From Nemertoderma westbladi (taxonomy: Eukaryota; Animalia; Xenacoelomorpha), in NCBI GenBank assembly GCA_032718475.1, contig JAUCBJ010000367.1, forward strand, positions 27,922 through 91,921: 64,000 bases of DNA. Reading direction: 5' to 3'. Below the pieces are notes generated by a model. The model saw nothing but the letters and a program-made list of their open reading frames with translations, searched no databases and was not told where the DNA came from. Of this stretch, positions 40,056 through 51,500 are shown one piece after another; the first letter of the stretch is position 1, and every line of letters starts with the position of its first letter. The position numbers were made by a program, and so were the translations under genes.

Positions 40056-42714
40056 CATATTAAATTCGAATGATTTCCAGAAACGGCAAATTCATATTCA
40101 TGTTTTATAAAAGTTTGCCACCGTAAATTAATATGCTAAGGTTTTATTCTAAAAATTACGTAAGTAGGGCAACATAATGTATAAATCGGTTGAATATAAA
40201 TGAACTTGTATATTTTATTTACCCTTTGTACCTCAATACACCTTATCTAATCTGCTCTATAGTGTATAAAGGGTTGTTTCAGACACAACGCCATATATCG
40301 TAACAAGAAGTGTAGGAAGATAATGCAGTTAGATAGCAATTATGGGTCATTATGCGTACAGTATGTCTTATGTAGAATGGGGCATCACTTTTTAGAAAAG
40401 CGCATTCCAAACAGAACGAAGGGGGAGGAAGTTTGGAATCCCTAATAGACTAATAATTATAGTCCAGGCTGTTATCATAGGCCTAAGATCATTGGTTTGT
40501 ATTTCGTTTAATTCAATGAATGAAATAGATTAGTTACCCGTAAATTATATTGTCAGTTTTATAAATAGTATTTTCTTTCGGGGGGGGGGGGGGGGGGGGT
40601 TGGTGTGTGGGCGGCGATTCTGGGGGATGGGGGGGGGGGGGGGGGGGGGGCAGAGTCTGATATATTTTAATCATTACCAATTGAGGTTCAGAGCAGTCTG
40701 GCTCTGGCAGTGTATTTCGAATGAATTTGTCCAGAGGGACTAAATCTGCTAGCAGATTCGGTCCGATGGGGACTAAATGTGGGCGATTGTTCGGGGGACT
40801 GAATCCGCTGTTACACCGGTGCACAATGATGAAAACACAAAGGCGACGAGCAATAACAGGAATTATTTTACTTATTGTTTTCGAATATCGCAAATTTGGA
40901 ATGGCATTTTTTCTCGTTTATGAGTGTTTCAGGCTGTGCTGTGGGTGTCGGTTATGAGTGTTTCAGGCTGTGCTGTGGGTGTCACATACAAATTTGCATT
41001 TATCTTTATCACTTAATCAATACTGCGTCAATTAATTTCCATTCCGATTTCTAATGTTTTAAGATCAAGTACAAGTCACTAAAAGTCACTAAAAGTCACT
41101 AAAAGTCACGATTTTTGCACTTTTAGACCATATTAAATGGCCGTTTAACCCACTTACTATATAGGCATAAAACGTTAAGCAAATTTTAAGGTTATAGTTT
41201 TAAATTAGTCCGAAATAAGCAATAAAGCATAAATACAGTATAACCACGATAAGAACACGAAATATCGATATTAACAATTTCCATATTTGCACAACATTTG
41301 CACTTATTTTTGCAATACGATATTTTCCAATGTTGTTTACTATTTAACAAAGTACGATCTATTCTGTATCGATTAGTAAAACTTTCAGGTCAAAAGGAAC
41401 AGTAAAACCGGAGTTACAAATGTTACAAATGAAATAAGTTACACAAAAATATTAAAATCATATTTATAAAGCACGCCATCTAGCGGTAATACAATACAGA
41501 TGAATAATTACTGAATTTTTTTGCAAAAACATATTTTCACGAATTTGGCTGCAACTTCGGTCACGCCAGTCCAAATTAAAAAAATATATATATTTACTTT
41601 GGGCTAATTCATTTTTCTATCGTTTGAGATTGATTACGTTTTCGGCCTCAAAAAAAAGTCGAAATGAGGGCCAAAATGTCGAAAAAACTTTCGGTCCTTA
41701 AAATTTATAACGTTAATAAATTATGTTAAGGGAAACGTATCTAAAGTTAATTCCTATTCCCGAATGCGGATAGCAAATTTCATGGGTAGTTTCACACCAA
41801 CATTCAAATCGAAACTCATCCAAATCAAAATCCCCATCTTTATAAGTAGAACGTTGATCAGTAATACAGTACAGGACGGCAAAGTGGAATATATCAAATG
41901 AAATAATAAAAGGAAGAGATATGCGTTTAACAACCTTTGCTGCTATTCCAACCACAAGAAGGAATTTTGATCGACTTCTACGTATATCGACTCAACTCTT
42001 CTCTTAACTTTATCGTATATGCCCAAATAAATGGCGGGTATGAATGAGGCCATGGTGTTAGGCGCAGCCGTTACCAACTCAAGTTTGGCTTTTAATCGAT
42101 TAGCCACATAGTGCGAATTCTGGAGAGCACTCAAATTAGAACCATCTGTGTTTGTTTGTTTAATGTTGTTTAATTCACACATGGTGACAATAAGTAAAAA
42201 CAGTTACTGCATAAAACATTATAAATAAAAACGACATAGATAGAGATAAGTTTAAGAGATGCACCAATATAAATTATGTGATTGCGATAACATTTGGTTT
42301 ACAGTTCGTAGATATACTTGGTGACAACAAGTAATACAATATAATTAATAATCATAGGAATTGCACAACACGGATGGCGATTCATGGTATCCGCAATTAA
42401 TTGCAAGGCTCTAAGAGAACGAGCGATGTGTGTCTCATAATCGTCAGGTAATGGAATGTTGAAGTAGTTCAGTATCAGGTTTCTCTTTGGTCTTTGTTTT
42501 AAATGTGGTGCCGCGCATATCAAACACTTCAGATATGAAGCTGGCATCCGTGATTGTTTTTGGGGAAGATTTGGTGGTATGAAAACGCCCTTACAGGTTC
42601 GTAATGTCGTATCTGTAGAAGATGAGCGACATCAGTTGTGGTACACTGTAACTTTTTCTAGCTAAATGATACAGTTCAGTGTTCAGATGGTGTTCACCAT
42701 CGGCTTTAGTTGAC

Positions 42715-42850
42715 CTTTAGTCCAAATTGGTGGTGTCTTTTCCCCATTCAGCATCCGGTTGCAAACATCCAATAATGGTCTGTTTAGCACTCCTGGTTTC
42801 CATACCTCCGCAGGGATTTCATCTAATCCACTCGCTTTATTATTGAACAT
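42715..42850 (-). pseudogene. Short fragment of non-LTR retrotransposon ORF2 (pre-RT region, RTE-like)
   Basis: NNKASGLDEIPAEVWKPGVLNRPLLDVCNRML...PPIWTKG resembles the conserved KAxGxDxIPAExxK...P..W motif upstream of LINE RT domains. Confidence 0.65.
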
Positions 42851-42984
42851 GCATTTCCAACCAAATTTGTTCAGAAGAAGTACGGAGAATCTTAGAGTAC
42901 AGGTAATCTTAACAAGTGTACAAAATGTCAACTCATTTCTGTCAAAATTGGCGGAGAAATAGCTTTCATGACCTACTACTGTAC

Positions 42985-43143
42985 ATGCAAAGTTTCAGGG
43001 TACTTTTAAAGGCTAGTTTTTTCACCGGTCAAAAAACACTAAATCTGCCACACACAAGTAAAATAGCCCACTTTGAATACACCATCTCAGCTAAGGAAAA
43101 TCTTTCTTAGCGAAAGTAGTTGATTTTCCTTAGCTTCGTGGAT
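42985..43143 (-). mobile_element. Partial copy (5' end) of Helentron/HINE-like non-autonomous element
   Basis: The sequence matches 44135-44279 and 60060-60217, including the GCTAAGGAAAATC...GATTTTCCTTAGC stem and the CTTCGTGGAT end. Confidence 0.6.
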
Positions 43144-43159
43144 TTCAAGTCAATATTTA

Positions 43160-44279
43160 CTAGAATGGCATTTCCTAAAGGAAATACAACCACAAAGCTA
43201 AGGAAAATTAAACAAAGGGCCACAATTTGGTTTGTTGCTTAGCCTAGTTTAGTAGCATTTGCCAATAAATAACTTCTATTCCTATATGGAAACTAGAGTT
43301 CTCTGGAATTCAGTCCAGATTGTGGTTCAGATAACACATACCAAGTTTCAGAAAATATTGTAGTTTATGTCCAAATTACCGCTTTTCTATCAAAATGCAT
43401 CTGTTTGCAGTGGTTGTCATGGAAACTGAAAAATAGAACAATGTAATTCGGATGCAGAATAAGTCATATAGTGGGAGTAGGTCTTGGTCCCAAGTCATTA
43501 TACTATTAACTTGTGCTTCAAATTATCATTTTATAAATTTTAACATCTGTTTAGTCTTGTTACTATGGTAACTGGATTGTGTAATTAACCTCGAACGGCT
43601 TGTATATGGACCTTATAGATGTGTTGCAAAACCCCAAATTTATATATATTACATTATTTTGCTACAAATAGAGTATTGAATTTAGATTTGAATGATATAG
43701 ACTTTAATAAACTACAGTTACCCTGGTAACTAGGTATTTCTGGAATGTTTTGAGTTTCATTAAAAGTTCCAACTAGTGGTCCAGTCCAGATAACACATAC
43801 CCAGTTTCATAAAATTGTATCATGAAGTCTATGTCCAAATGAGTAATTTTTGCATAAAAACATCTGTTTTCAGCGGTTGTCATGGTAACTGCAAAACAAA
43901 CAATGAAATTCGGACGCAGAATAAGTTATATAGTGGGGGTAGGGGTTGGTCCCAAGTCATAACACCTTAACCTTAAGCTTCAAATTATCATTTAAAAAAT
44001 GTTAACATCTGTTTAGCCAGGTTGCCTAGGTAACTGGATTTTCTATTTAACCTCAATCGGCTCTGCTATGGACCTTATAGTTGAGTTGAGAAACACCAGG
44101 TTTATATCTATTATAGTTTTCCTACAAATAGAGATACTTTTAAAGGCTAGTCTTTTCTGGAGTCAAAAAACACTAAATCTGCTCCATACAAGTATAAAAT
44201 AGCCCACTATGAATACACCATCTCAGCTAAGGAAAATCTTTCTTAGCGAAAGTAGTTGATTTTCCTTAGCTTCGTGGAT
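43160..44279 (-). mobile_element. Apparently complete ~1.1-kb Helentron/HINE (DINE-1-like architecture) non-autonomous rolling-circle element
   Basis: It has subterminal inverted repeats (CCACAAAGCTAAGGAAAAT / ATTTTCCTTAGCTTCGTGG), an extra short inverted repeat next to one subTIR, and a CATTTCCT-A-AAGGAAAT hairpin + CTAG at the other end. An internal ~460-bp diverged duplication is seen at 43398 vs 43861. Confidence 0.65.
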
Positions 44280-45101
44280 TATGACTTGGGACCAACCCCT
44301 ACCCCCACTATATAACTTTTCACTTTTTATATTTATAATAGGAGTGTCTTTAAAACGCCGTTCGATCGCCGCGATCGTTCGTTTTTATTAAATCCAGTAA
44401 ATATCCAACGAGAAAGTTTTACGATGCCAGTATTAAATTAAATTTGCTCACGCTTAAAATTATGAAACTTCCAAGAAGCTACGCGGTTAATACAGCTGAC
44501 GCCAATCATTTTAACCATGAGTAATATTCTGTGGAAATTCGGTCACCGGTCACGGTATGCCGGTCACACTAATCACCAGCGCAAAGCTGTTACCACTTTT
44601 GTCAAAGTTTTTCAAAAAAATAATTCTCACAGGACAATAGCGATTAAACCGGTTGAGTGGTTAAAATATACCCAATATCCCGATAGCCCATCATTCTATT
44701 ATAAATACACAGTAAAATACTTTATTTCATTATTTCATATTTTTCGCACATTGTTTTAGCGCAATATTATTGATTATTTTTACACTTAATATTTCACAAA
44801 ATTTGTTGATGGAATCTGTGAAACCATCACAACCAAAAATGATGCCATTAAAAATATATAATGCATCTGTTCTGAGTTTTATATATTCATAATTTAAAAT
44901 AATATATTCATATAAATTAATTATCATGAAGATAACCCATTATAGTAAAACGATGAGATAATACTATACACGTTCGTGGGGCCTTCGCGCAGCACGAGGC
45001 CCATTTATTAGATACAAATTAAAATTGAGCGACTGTATCACAAAATCAGGTTTTGAGAAATTTACCCACACCACCAATCAATCAAAGAAAGGGGGACAGT
45101 A

Positions 45102-46321
45102 TGTAAAAGCTTTTGTGGGATAACTGATTCGTTTGCCTTGCTGGCCAGTTCCCCCGCCCCGGTCGCTAGAATACTCTAAAAGGGATCTATAGCTAAAATA
45201 GTGCAAGCTACCAGCTTATTGGCTGATGTGCTGTACGAAGGTATCTGGGTTCCGTTCGATCGGCCAACCAGCTTAGGGAGGTTGCCTCAGCCCTGCTGTC
45301 CGTATCGGCCAATAGAATTTGAGTGGGCGTTGATTTTGACCTATCCCAGAGCTACTGAACTGAATTTCCTATCTGTATGCTCATCCTCTGTGTTGGACGG
45401 GAGCTTCGGGGAATAAGGGTAGTTGGTATCCTCGTATAGTCAGGTAGTCATATGATTCTTTATATGATTCTGTTGTTGTGTTCCCATTTTTCGCCAGACC
45501 ACCGGCTTTTGGGAAGAACTCTAGTAAAACTGCTTAAATTATCGAAAGTATAACTGTTATTCAATCAACCTACTGATCTAATTAACTCACTATTAATCAT
45601 ATAATTCTCCCGAACTTTACTTATTAATTATATTGTTTGTACTGTTATTTACCGTCAGTTATTAATTGCATCTATTTGTTGAGGAAATATTGCTCTTTGG
45701 AGAATACTGATAAATCACCCAAAATTCCCAATTTTCTTGATACACTACAGGTTAGAGAGACAGGATATACATAACAATTGCGATTTATAAAAAATGTGGT
45801 GTGTATTGAATCTAATGTTATTTAGCAGACCCTACATGAGTCAATTGCTGCTCTCTTTATGTGTGATCAAATTTACTGACGGTCGGCAGAATAGTGTGCA
45901 TGATTGTGATTGGTAACAAAGCATCTCCTAAAGAATGCGCCTTATACTTTAATCATAAGCAGTATCGTTGCGTTTAGTATAAGTCCTAGCTCTGTTTAAA
46001 TAGATAGAGCGCCACGTCCTAAAGGAACTGTTAATATTTTCCCGAAAGCCAATAATATCTGTCAGAAATTAATTATTAACGATCAATCGAATAATACAGT
46101 AGGTTTACACTGCAACCTTACACTGCAATAATAAAATTTAAGCATCCGAATTCAGCCTCCCGGGTGTATCCATCGGGTGAATGATCGCGCATGGGCTGGC
46201 TTCGGCTAATGTTTTGTTTATTAGCATAAAATATTGTCGTATGCTAAAGGTGTGTTAATTAACTAAAAGACATATAAATTTTGGCAGGTTAAACTGCTAA
46301 AGGTCTTCAAAAGCGCGAACA
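45102..46321 (+). repeat. 5' LTR (1220 bp)
   Basis: TGTAAAAGC...GCGCGAACA. It matches 56375-57593 except for about 5 substitutions and a 1-bp indel found by eye. Confidence 0.97.
46130..46135 (+). promoter_or_regulatory. Candidate LTR polyadenylation signal AATAAA (equivalent copy at ~57402-57407 in the 3' LTR)
   Basis: A canonical hexamer ~185 nt before the LTR end. Its use is inferred only. Confidence 0.4.
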
Positions 46322-46332
46322 ATAACAGTTAT
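46322..46332 (+). promoter_or_regulatory. PBS position: ATAACAGTTAT, not tRNA-type, complementary to LTR 45550-45560
   Basis: There is no TGG after the LTR. The reverse complement ATAACTGTTAT(T) is present in the LTR. Confidence 0.45.
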
Positions 46333-46389
46333 CGATCTTATTGCAGTAAGCAATAAGGTTGCAAAATACCGTAGTGACCGGTAAACCTG

Positions 46390-46518
46390 AACCGGTACTT
46401 CAGTAGGTCAGTAGGCCCAACTGCCAGAACCGGTACTGCTGTAGGTCCGTAGGTCCAACTGCCAGAACCGGTACTTCTGTAGGTCTGTAGGCCCAACTGT
46501 CCTAACCGGTACTGCTGT
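46390..46518. repeat. 38-bp tandem repeat (~3.4 copies) in the retrotransposon leader
   Basis: AACCGGTACT...GTAGGYCCAACTG units start at 46390, 46428, 46466 and 46504. Confidence 0.9.
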
Positions 46519-46674
46519 ATAAGTACATTAGTATTATTCGAATTTGATTATTGTATACCGGTAGGTCTTAGTATTTATCAGGGACGGCCGCCCTGGTTTT
46601 TATTGAGATTTTACTTATTTCTGTCGGTTTTATTTCCTAGTAAGTAAATATTGAGCTGAAGATGTGTAAGTCTG

Positions 46675-47262
46675 CTCAGATTGTTCAGATAATTGTAGGC
46701 TGAGCTGCTGTCTGACTGTTGTTGGGTTTGGAGAGATTACGGCGTGTGTAGAGTTTGTCTGATAAAGTGCCGTTAGTAAGTTGGGGCAGCCATATGCTGT
46801 AAGGTCAATCCCCTCTTAAAGAATAAGTCGTACTACCGTGTTAGAACGCATACTAACTAACTATTTCAGAATCTGCATATACTGTAGTTTATTTAGGCTT
46901 GATCGTAGTCTGCCAGCGTTTTAGCCTGTGTTTGTTTGTGTGGTCTGTTCAGGTACCGTAATAGTTATTACTCAGATATTTTGTAGGCTGGATTGTTGTC
47001 TAGCTATTATTAGGTCTGAAGAGATTGCTGTGTGTGTGGAGTTTGTCTGATAAAGTGCTGTTAGTAAGTTGGGGCAGCCATATGCTGTAAGGTCAATCCC
47101 CTCTTAAAGAATAAGTCGTACTACCGTGTTAGAACGCATACTAACTAACCATTTCAGAATCTACACGTACGGTAGTTTATTTAGGCTTGGTGGTAGTCTG
47201 CCAGCGTTTGGTTTGTATTTTGTTTGAGTATTCTGTACGGGTAGCGTAATATTTATTATTCA
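46675..47262. repeat. ~288-bp direct duplication in the retrotransposon leader
   Basis: GAGTTTGTCTGATAAAGTGC...AGAACGCATACTAACTAAC occurs at 46751 and 47039. The centre is near-identical and the edges are diverged. Confidence 0.9.
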
Positions 47263-48553
47263 GAGTTTATGCGATTATTCGCAACATTCATGTCCCCAAG
47301 TTTATCCCTACAGTAATTGTGCTTGTTATACATACCGTTATAGTTAAATTAACCCCGGTACTACACGGGCTGCTTGGCGTAGGACAAGACTGGTGACTTT
47401 GTGCTCTGGTCACTCCAGCAGATGCCGTGGTTCTTTTAACTGTTCAAGTATATTTAACTACTGATTATTTGTTATACCGGTACTTGTACCTAATTTAGGG
47501 TTTAGTGTACAGTGCTTTCCGAAGTAATTAGTGTGTAGGCAGTATATTTGTGTTGTAAAGTGGTTAATAGGCACGCTGGATCTGGTAGTCCGCGGTAATT
47601 AACTTCTAGGTAGGAACAATCCGTGATACATAACGTAGTACCTATAGCGATACGGTTATAGGTCGTCAGGCGGTGGTATTTTCCTATCTGGACAGTGCAA
47701 TATATTTACTACTACTTATTATTTCAAATACCGTAGTACCCTGTCTGTTGTAATAACCAGAAGATCTAACCCTTTGTTAGGCTGGTTTGTAGACTTCCTG
47801 TAAAATTACCCTAAAAATTCGTACGTAATATTTTTGTTGTGTTTAATTAGAGATTTAATCTCACCCGTATCGTAAGTAATTTGTAGTATTAAGTAACTTA
47901 GGTAAATTAGAATTATCAGTTTTAGTGTCAAATAAATAGCACTTCACTGAGAGCGCACAGCTTCTGTGTAGTGACCCCCCAGAAATAATAACATTTATTT
48001 CAAGTATTGACAAACCCATTTTAAACGGGTATATATCTATTATAAATCAACTCAAACGATTTATAAATAGTAGGCCTGCCATACAACAACTAGGTCTCAA
48101 TATCAGTTGGACTACTGCTTAAATAACGGTAATAAAGTAAGTTAAAGTAACCAAGTAACCCTAAAATAGTCAGAAATTCAATTATTCTAAAATAATTGAC
48201 ATACCGGTATTTACCATAGGCTTATTATATTTATTTCTATAAATTTGAGCTGAAATCATACCGGTACTCTGTAATTAATTCTAGTTCATAATTATACTTA
48301 TATATACTATCAGTGTAAGCTGTATACCGGTATTCACGATAGGCCTATTATATATTTATATATATCTGTGCTAAATTTATATACCGGTACTCTGTGACAA
48401 ACCTAGTTTACAATACTTATATATATTATAAGTGCATACCGGTATTCTAATATACTGCAATAAATTACCGGTACTAGGCCAGCGGTCATACTGAATTACT
48501 AGACTTGCTTTAACTGTAACTATAGCAGTAAGCATTCAACTGTATAGCTAAAC

Positions 48554-51500
48554 ATGTCTGACACTCAGCAAAACCTGTCAGACAGTCTAATAGATACAAC
48601 CATCCGAAAGGTCACCCCTCCAGTAGTATCAGACCCTAAGCTAATCCACCATAGGTCCATTATAGGTACTCGGGCCCAAGTCAAACGGAACCAGGAAGCA
48701 GCTGTCCCAAAGCAGCAACAGCCTAGTCAAGAAACTTGTTCCCAGCGATCCTATAGCTCCAGTAGTTCGGATACTGTCGAGCTGACCCCCGAACGCGGAT
48801 TGCAGATGGCGGCTACAGCTTACTCGGACCCTCTTCTCACCCTTCCTGCCGCAGTGCTAACCACTATATTGATTGCGGTGGAGGAACATCAAGCAGATTG
48901 GGCGAGGAATAAGAAAGCGACCCAAGATAATTATGCGGGATACGCCAGGGAAGAATTGATGTCTATTGTCGAGTCACAATGGAACTTTCCCGGACCTGGA
49001 CTCCCGTTAGATCTGTCCGAAGCTACTTGGGAGGATATACACCGGATGGGAGTGACTAAAGATACAATGGATCCAGCTGTTTGGAAGAGGTCGGCAGCAG
49101 GATATGTGCAAGGGTTCTTCGGCTCCTTAGAGCGGTTAGAAGAACAACTGTTTCGACAACCTCAAGGACCTCAAGAGCAGGAAGAGCTGCTTTATCAAGT
49201 ACGCGAAAGAACCCTACGTATTAGAATAATCCTATCAGCCTTTGAGGAAACTTCCAAAAGAAGACAGGACACGTCGCTGCAGGTTTCTGTTAAGACTTGG
49301 TTCCAGCGAGTAGGTCGCAAAGTGCAAGAAACGGACCAGTGGAAATCCCAGCTGTCTGAGAGACTAACTTCTGAAGACCCAACTGATGTCACCATTTCTC
49401 AAGCGGAAAGCGAAGAGACCCCCGAGAAACCGCGAACTAGAGACGCTATCGACATTTATCTGTCCGACTATCAGCGATTCCTAGGAGACGAAGAGTTGAG
49501 GAGACGGCTGTCTGGACTTTCCCCTAATAGTGAAGGAACCAAGCTTGTGTTGGACTCAATCGATGCCGAAATGTTAGCTGCAAACCAAGCTGAATTTGAT
49601 GAAAAACTCCGCCTCACTAGAGTCCGAGAAGAACAAGTAAAGAAAGAACGGATAGAGAAAAGAAAGGTAGCAGCAGCAGCGGCAGCTGAAGCAGAAGCAG
49701 AAAGAAAAGAAGCAGAAGCCGAAAGAAAAGCGGCAGAAGCAGAAGCCGAAAGAAAAGCGGCAGAAGCAGAAGCCGAAAGAAAAGCGGCAGAAGCAGAAGC
49801 CGAAAGAAAGGCGGCAGAAGCAGAAGCCGAAAGAAAGGCGGCAGAAGCAGAAGCCGAAAGAAAGGCGGCAGAAGCAGAAGCAGAAAGAAAAGCGGTGGAA
49901 GCAGAAAGAAAAGCAGCAGTGGCAGAAGCAGAACGGAGAGCGTCTGAGGAGACTATCCAACTGGAGTTGGAAAATCTGCAAGAGACGCAAGACAGTATAA
50001 ATAAACAGTTTACTGCTAATCAAATGCAGATGATGAGAAAATCTACTCCCAAGCGCCAGGGATACACATCCTCGGAGGAAGGCGAGACCACCGATCCTGA
50101 AGGCGGAGGAAATAGATCTCATCTAAGTAGGCGTAGAAAAACATCTTACCGTCGCAAATTGCCTGATTTGCCCCCAGCTGTTAGAAGACAGCTAGCTAGC
50201 ACAGACTTGAGTAGTATAGAACCTACAGCCCAAAGTATTAAGGTCAAAAGACTCCCTACAATAGTTGATGAGCCTGAAATAATTAGGCCTGTCGTTCCCA
50301 AAGTCACTTCTGTGTTAGAGACCCCTGTACTTCCAGAGCTTAACTCTAAATTCCCTTTACATAGTACTACACTGCCTGTACCCGGTGGAACAGTCCAAGA
50401 GAATATCCCTGTCCGGATAGCAGAGAGAGAAATCAAAGATTTGTCTCCCGTCGTCCCGCGTCAGCCCGCTACTATGTTGGCGACTCCCGCTTCGGCGGTT
50501 GAGTGGGTAGAAGAGGGACGGCGGGGGATGAATCTCCTGCTAGGACAGATGCAGGAGACTGTCCACCAACTTAAGGGAACAGTGAGGGAAGGTAGAGCAG
50601 AGTTGCAAGAAGTGCAGCAAAGTATCGCACTAGAACGCGATAAATTAGTCAATATACAAAAGGGCATACCAATACCCCCTGTAACATTGTGTCAACCTGT
50701 TAGGTCTGAAGTATTACATGCGCAAGGTGTGGAGCCTACACGCATCTATACTGCTAGTGAAGTTGAAACTCCTATAACAAACCCTATTAAGGGTGATTAT
50801 AGACCTGTTATTAATGATATTCCCTATAGACCTGATAATGATCCGAGAAATTTATATACCGATAATTCTATATTAAATAACACGATGGCCCAAGAAAGCT
50901 TTACGCGGCAGATGGCTAGAACAGAAGCCTGCCAAGCGGTCAAAGTGGGAGAGATCGTCAAATTCAATGGAGACGAAATGAAATGGTTACCTTTCAACGA
51001 ATATTACAAAGACAGCATACAGAACTCTGTGCTATCTAACGGAGAGAAACTTAGGTTCCTCATCAAGTGCTTGGAAGGACCTCCCAAGTTAATGGCGTTA
51101 AAGTTTATTGGACATCCAGAAGGATTAAGACAAGTTTGGGATACATTAAACATCAGGTATGGTAACAAGGACAACATAGCTAAGTATTTGTATGCGAAAT
51201 TAGTGGCCCCTCGACACTTCCTTAGTAGCGGGATTATAGAGTTTTCCGATGAGATTCAAGAGATCTGTAGACAATTGGACTGGTTAGGTAAGTCTCATGA
51301 ATATCAGAGTTCCATGGTTATTGGAGCCGTAGTCTCTACTTTACCAAAGGGTGGAGTATGTACACGCTGGGACAAGAAAGTGTTGTACATGAATGAACAA
51401 CAACGACGAAGTCCTACCATGGCTGACCTCATGTCCTTCTTAGATGGTGAGGTAAAACTACAACTCATCAAGCAGTCCAGAGAGAAAACATCGGAAAATA

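Noticed and set aside
40918-41110. Small tandem duplications (34-bp x2 at ~40918-40983; AAGTCACTAA x3-4 at ~41074-41108)
   Set aside because: These are ordinary slippage products with no further structure.
45201-45416. Identical 71-aa ORF at 45201 and 56474
   Set aside because: It has a GTG start and no recognisable domain. The identity simply reflects the LTR duplication.
46300-46321. GGTCTTCAAAAGC as a decayed BEL-type tRNA PBS (TGGTCCTTCG..)
   Set aside because: It lies inside the duplicated LTR, is present in both copies upstream of the CA end defined by the TSD, and the match is weak.
46390-46518. 38-bp leader repeat as source of the 38-bp satellite unit
   Set aside because: The length is the same but there is no sequence similarity.
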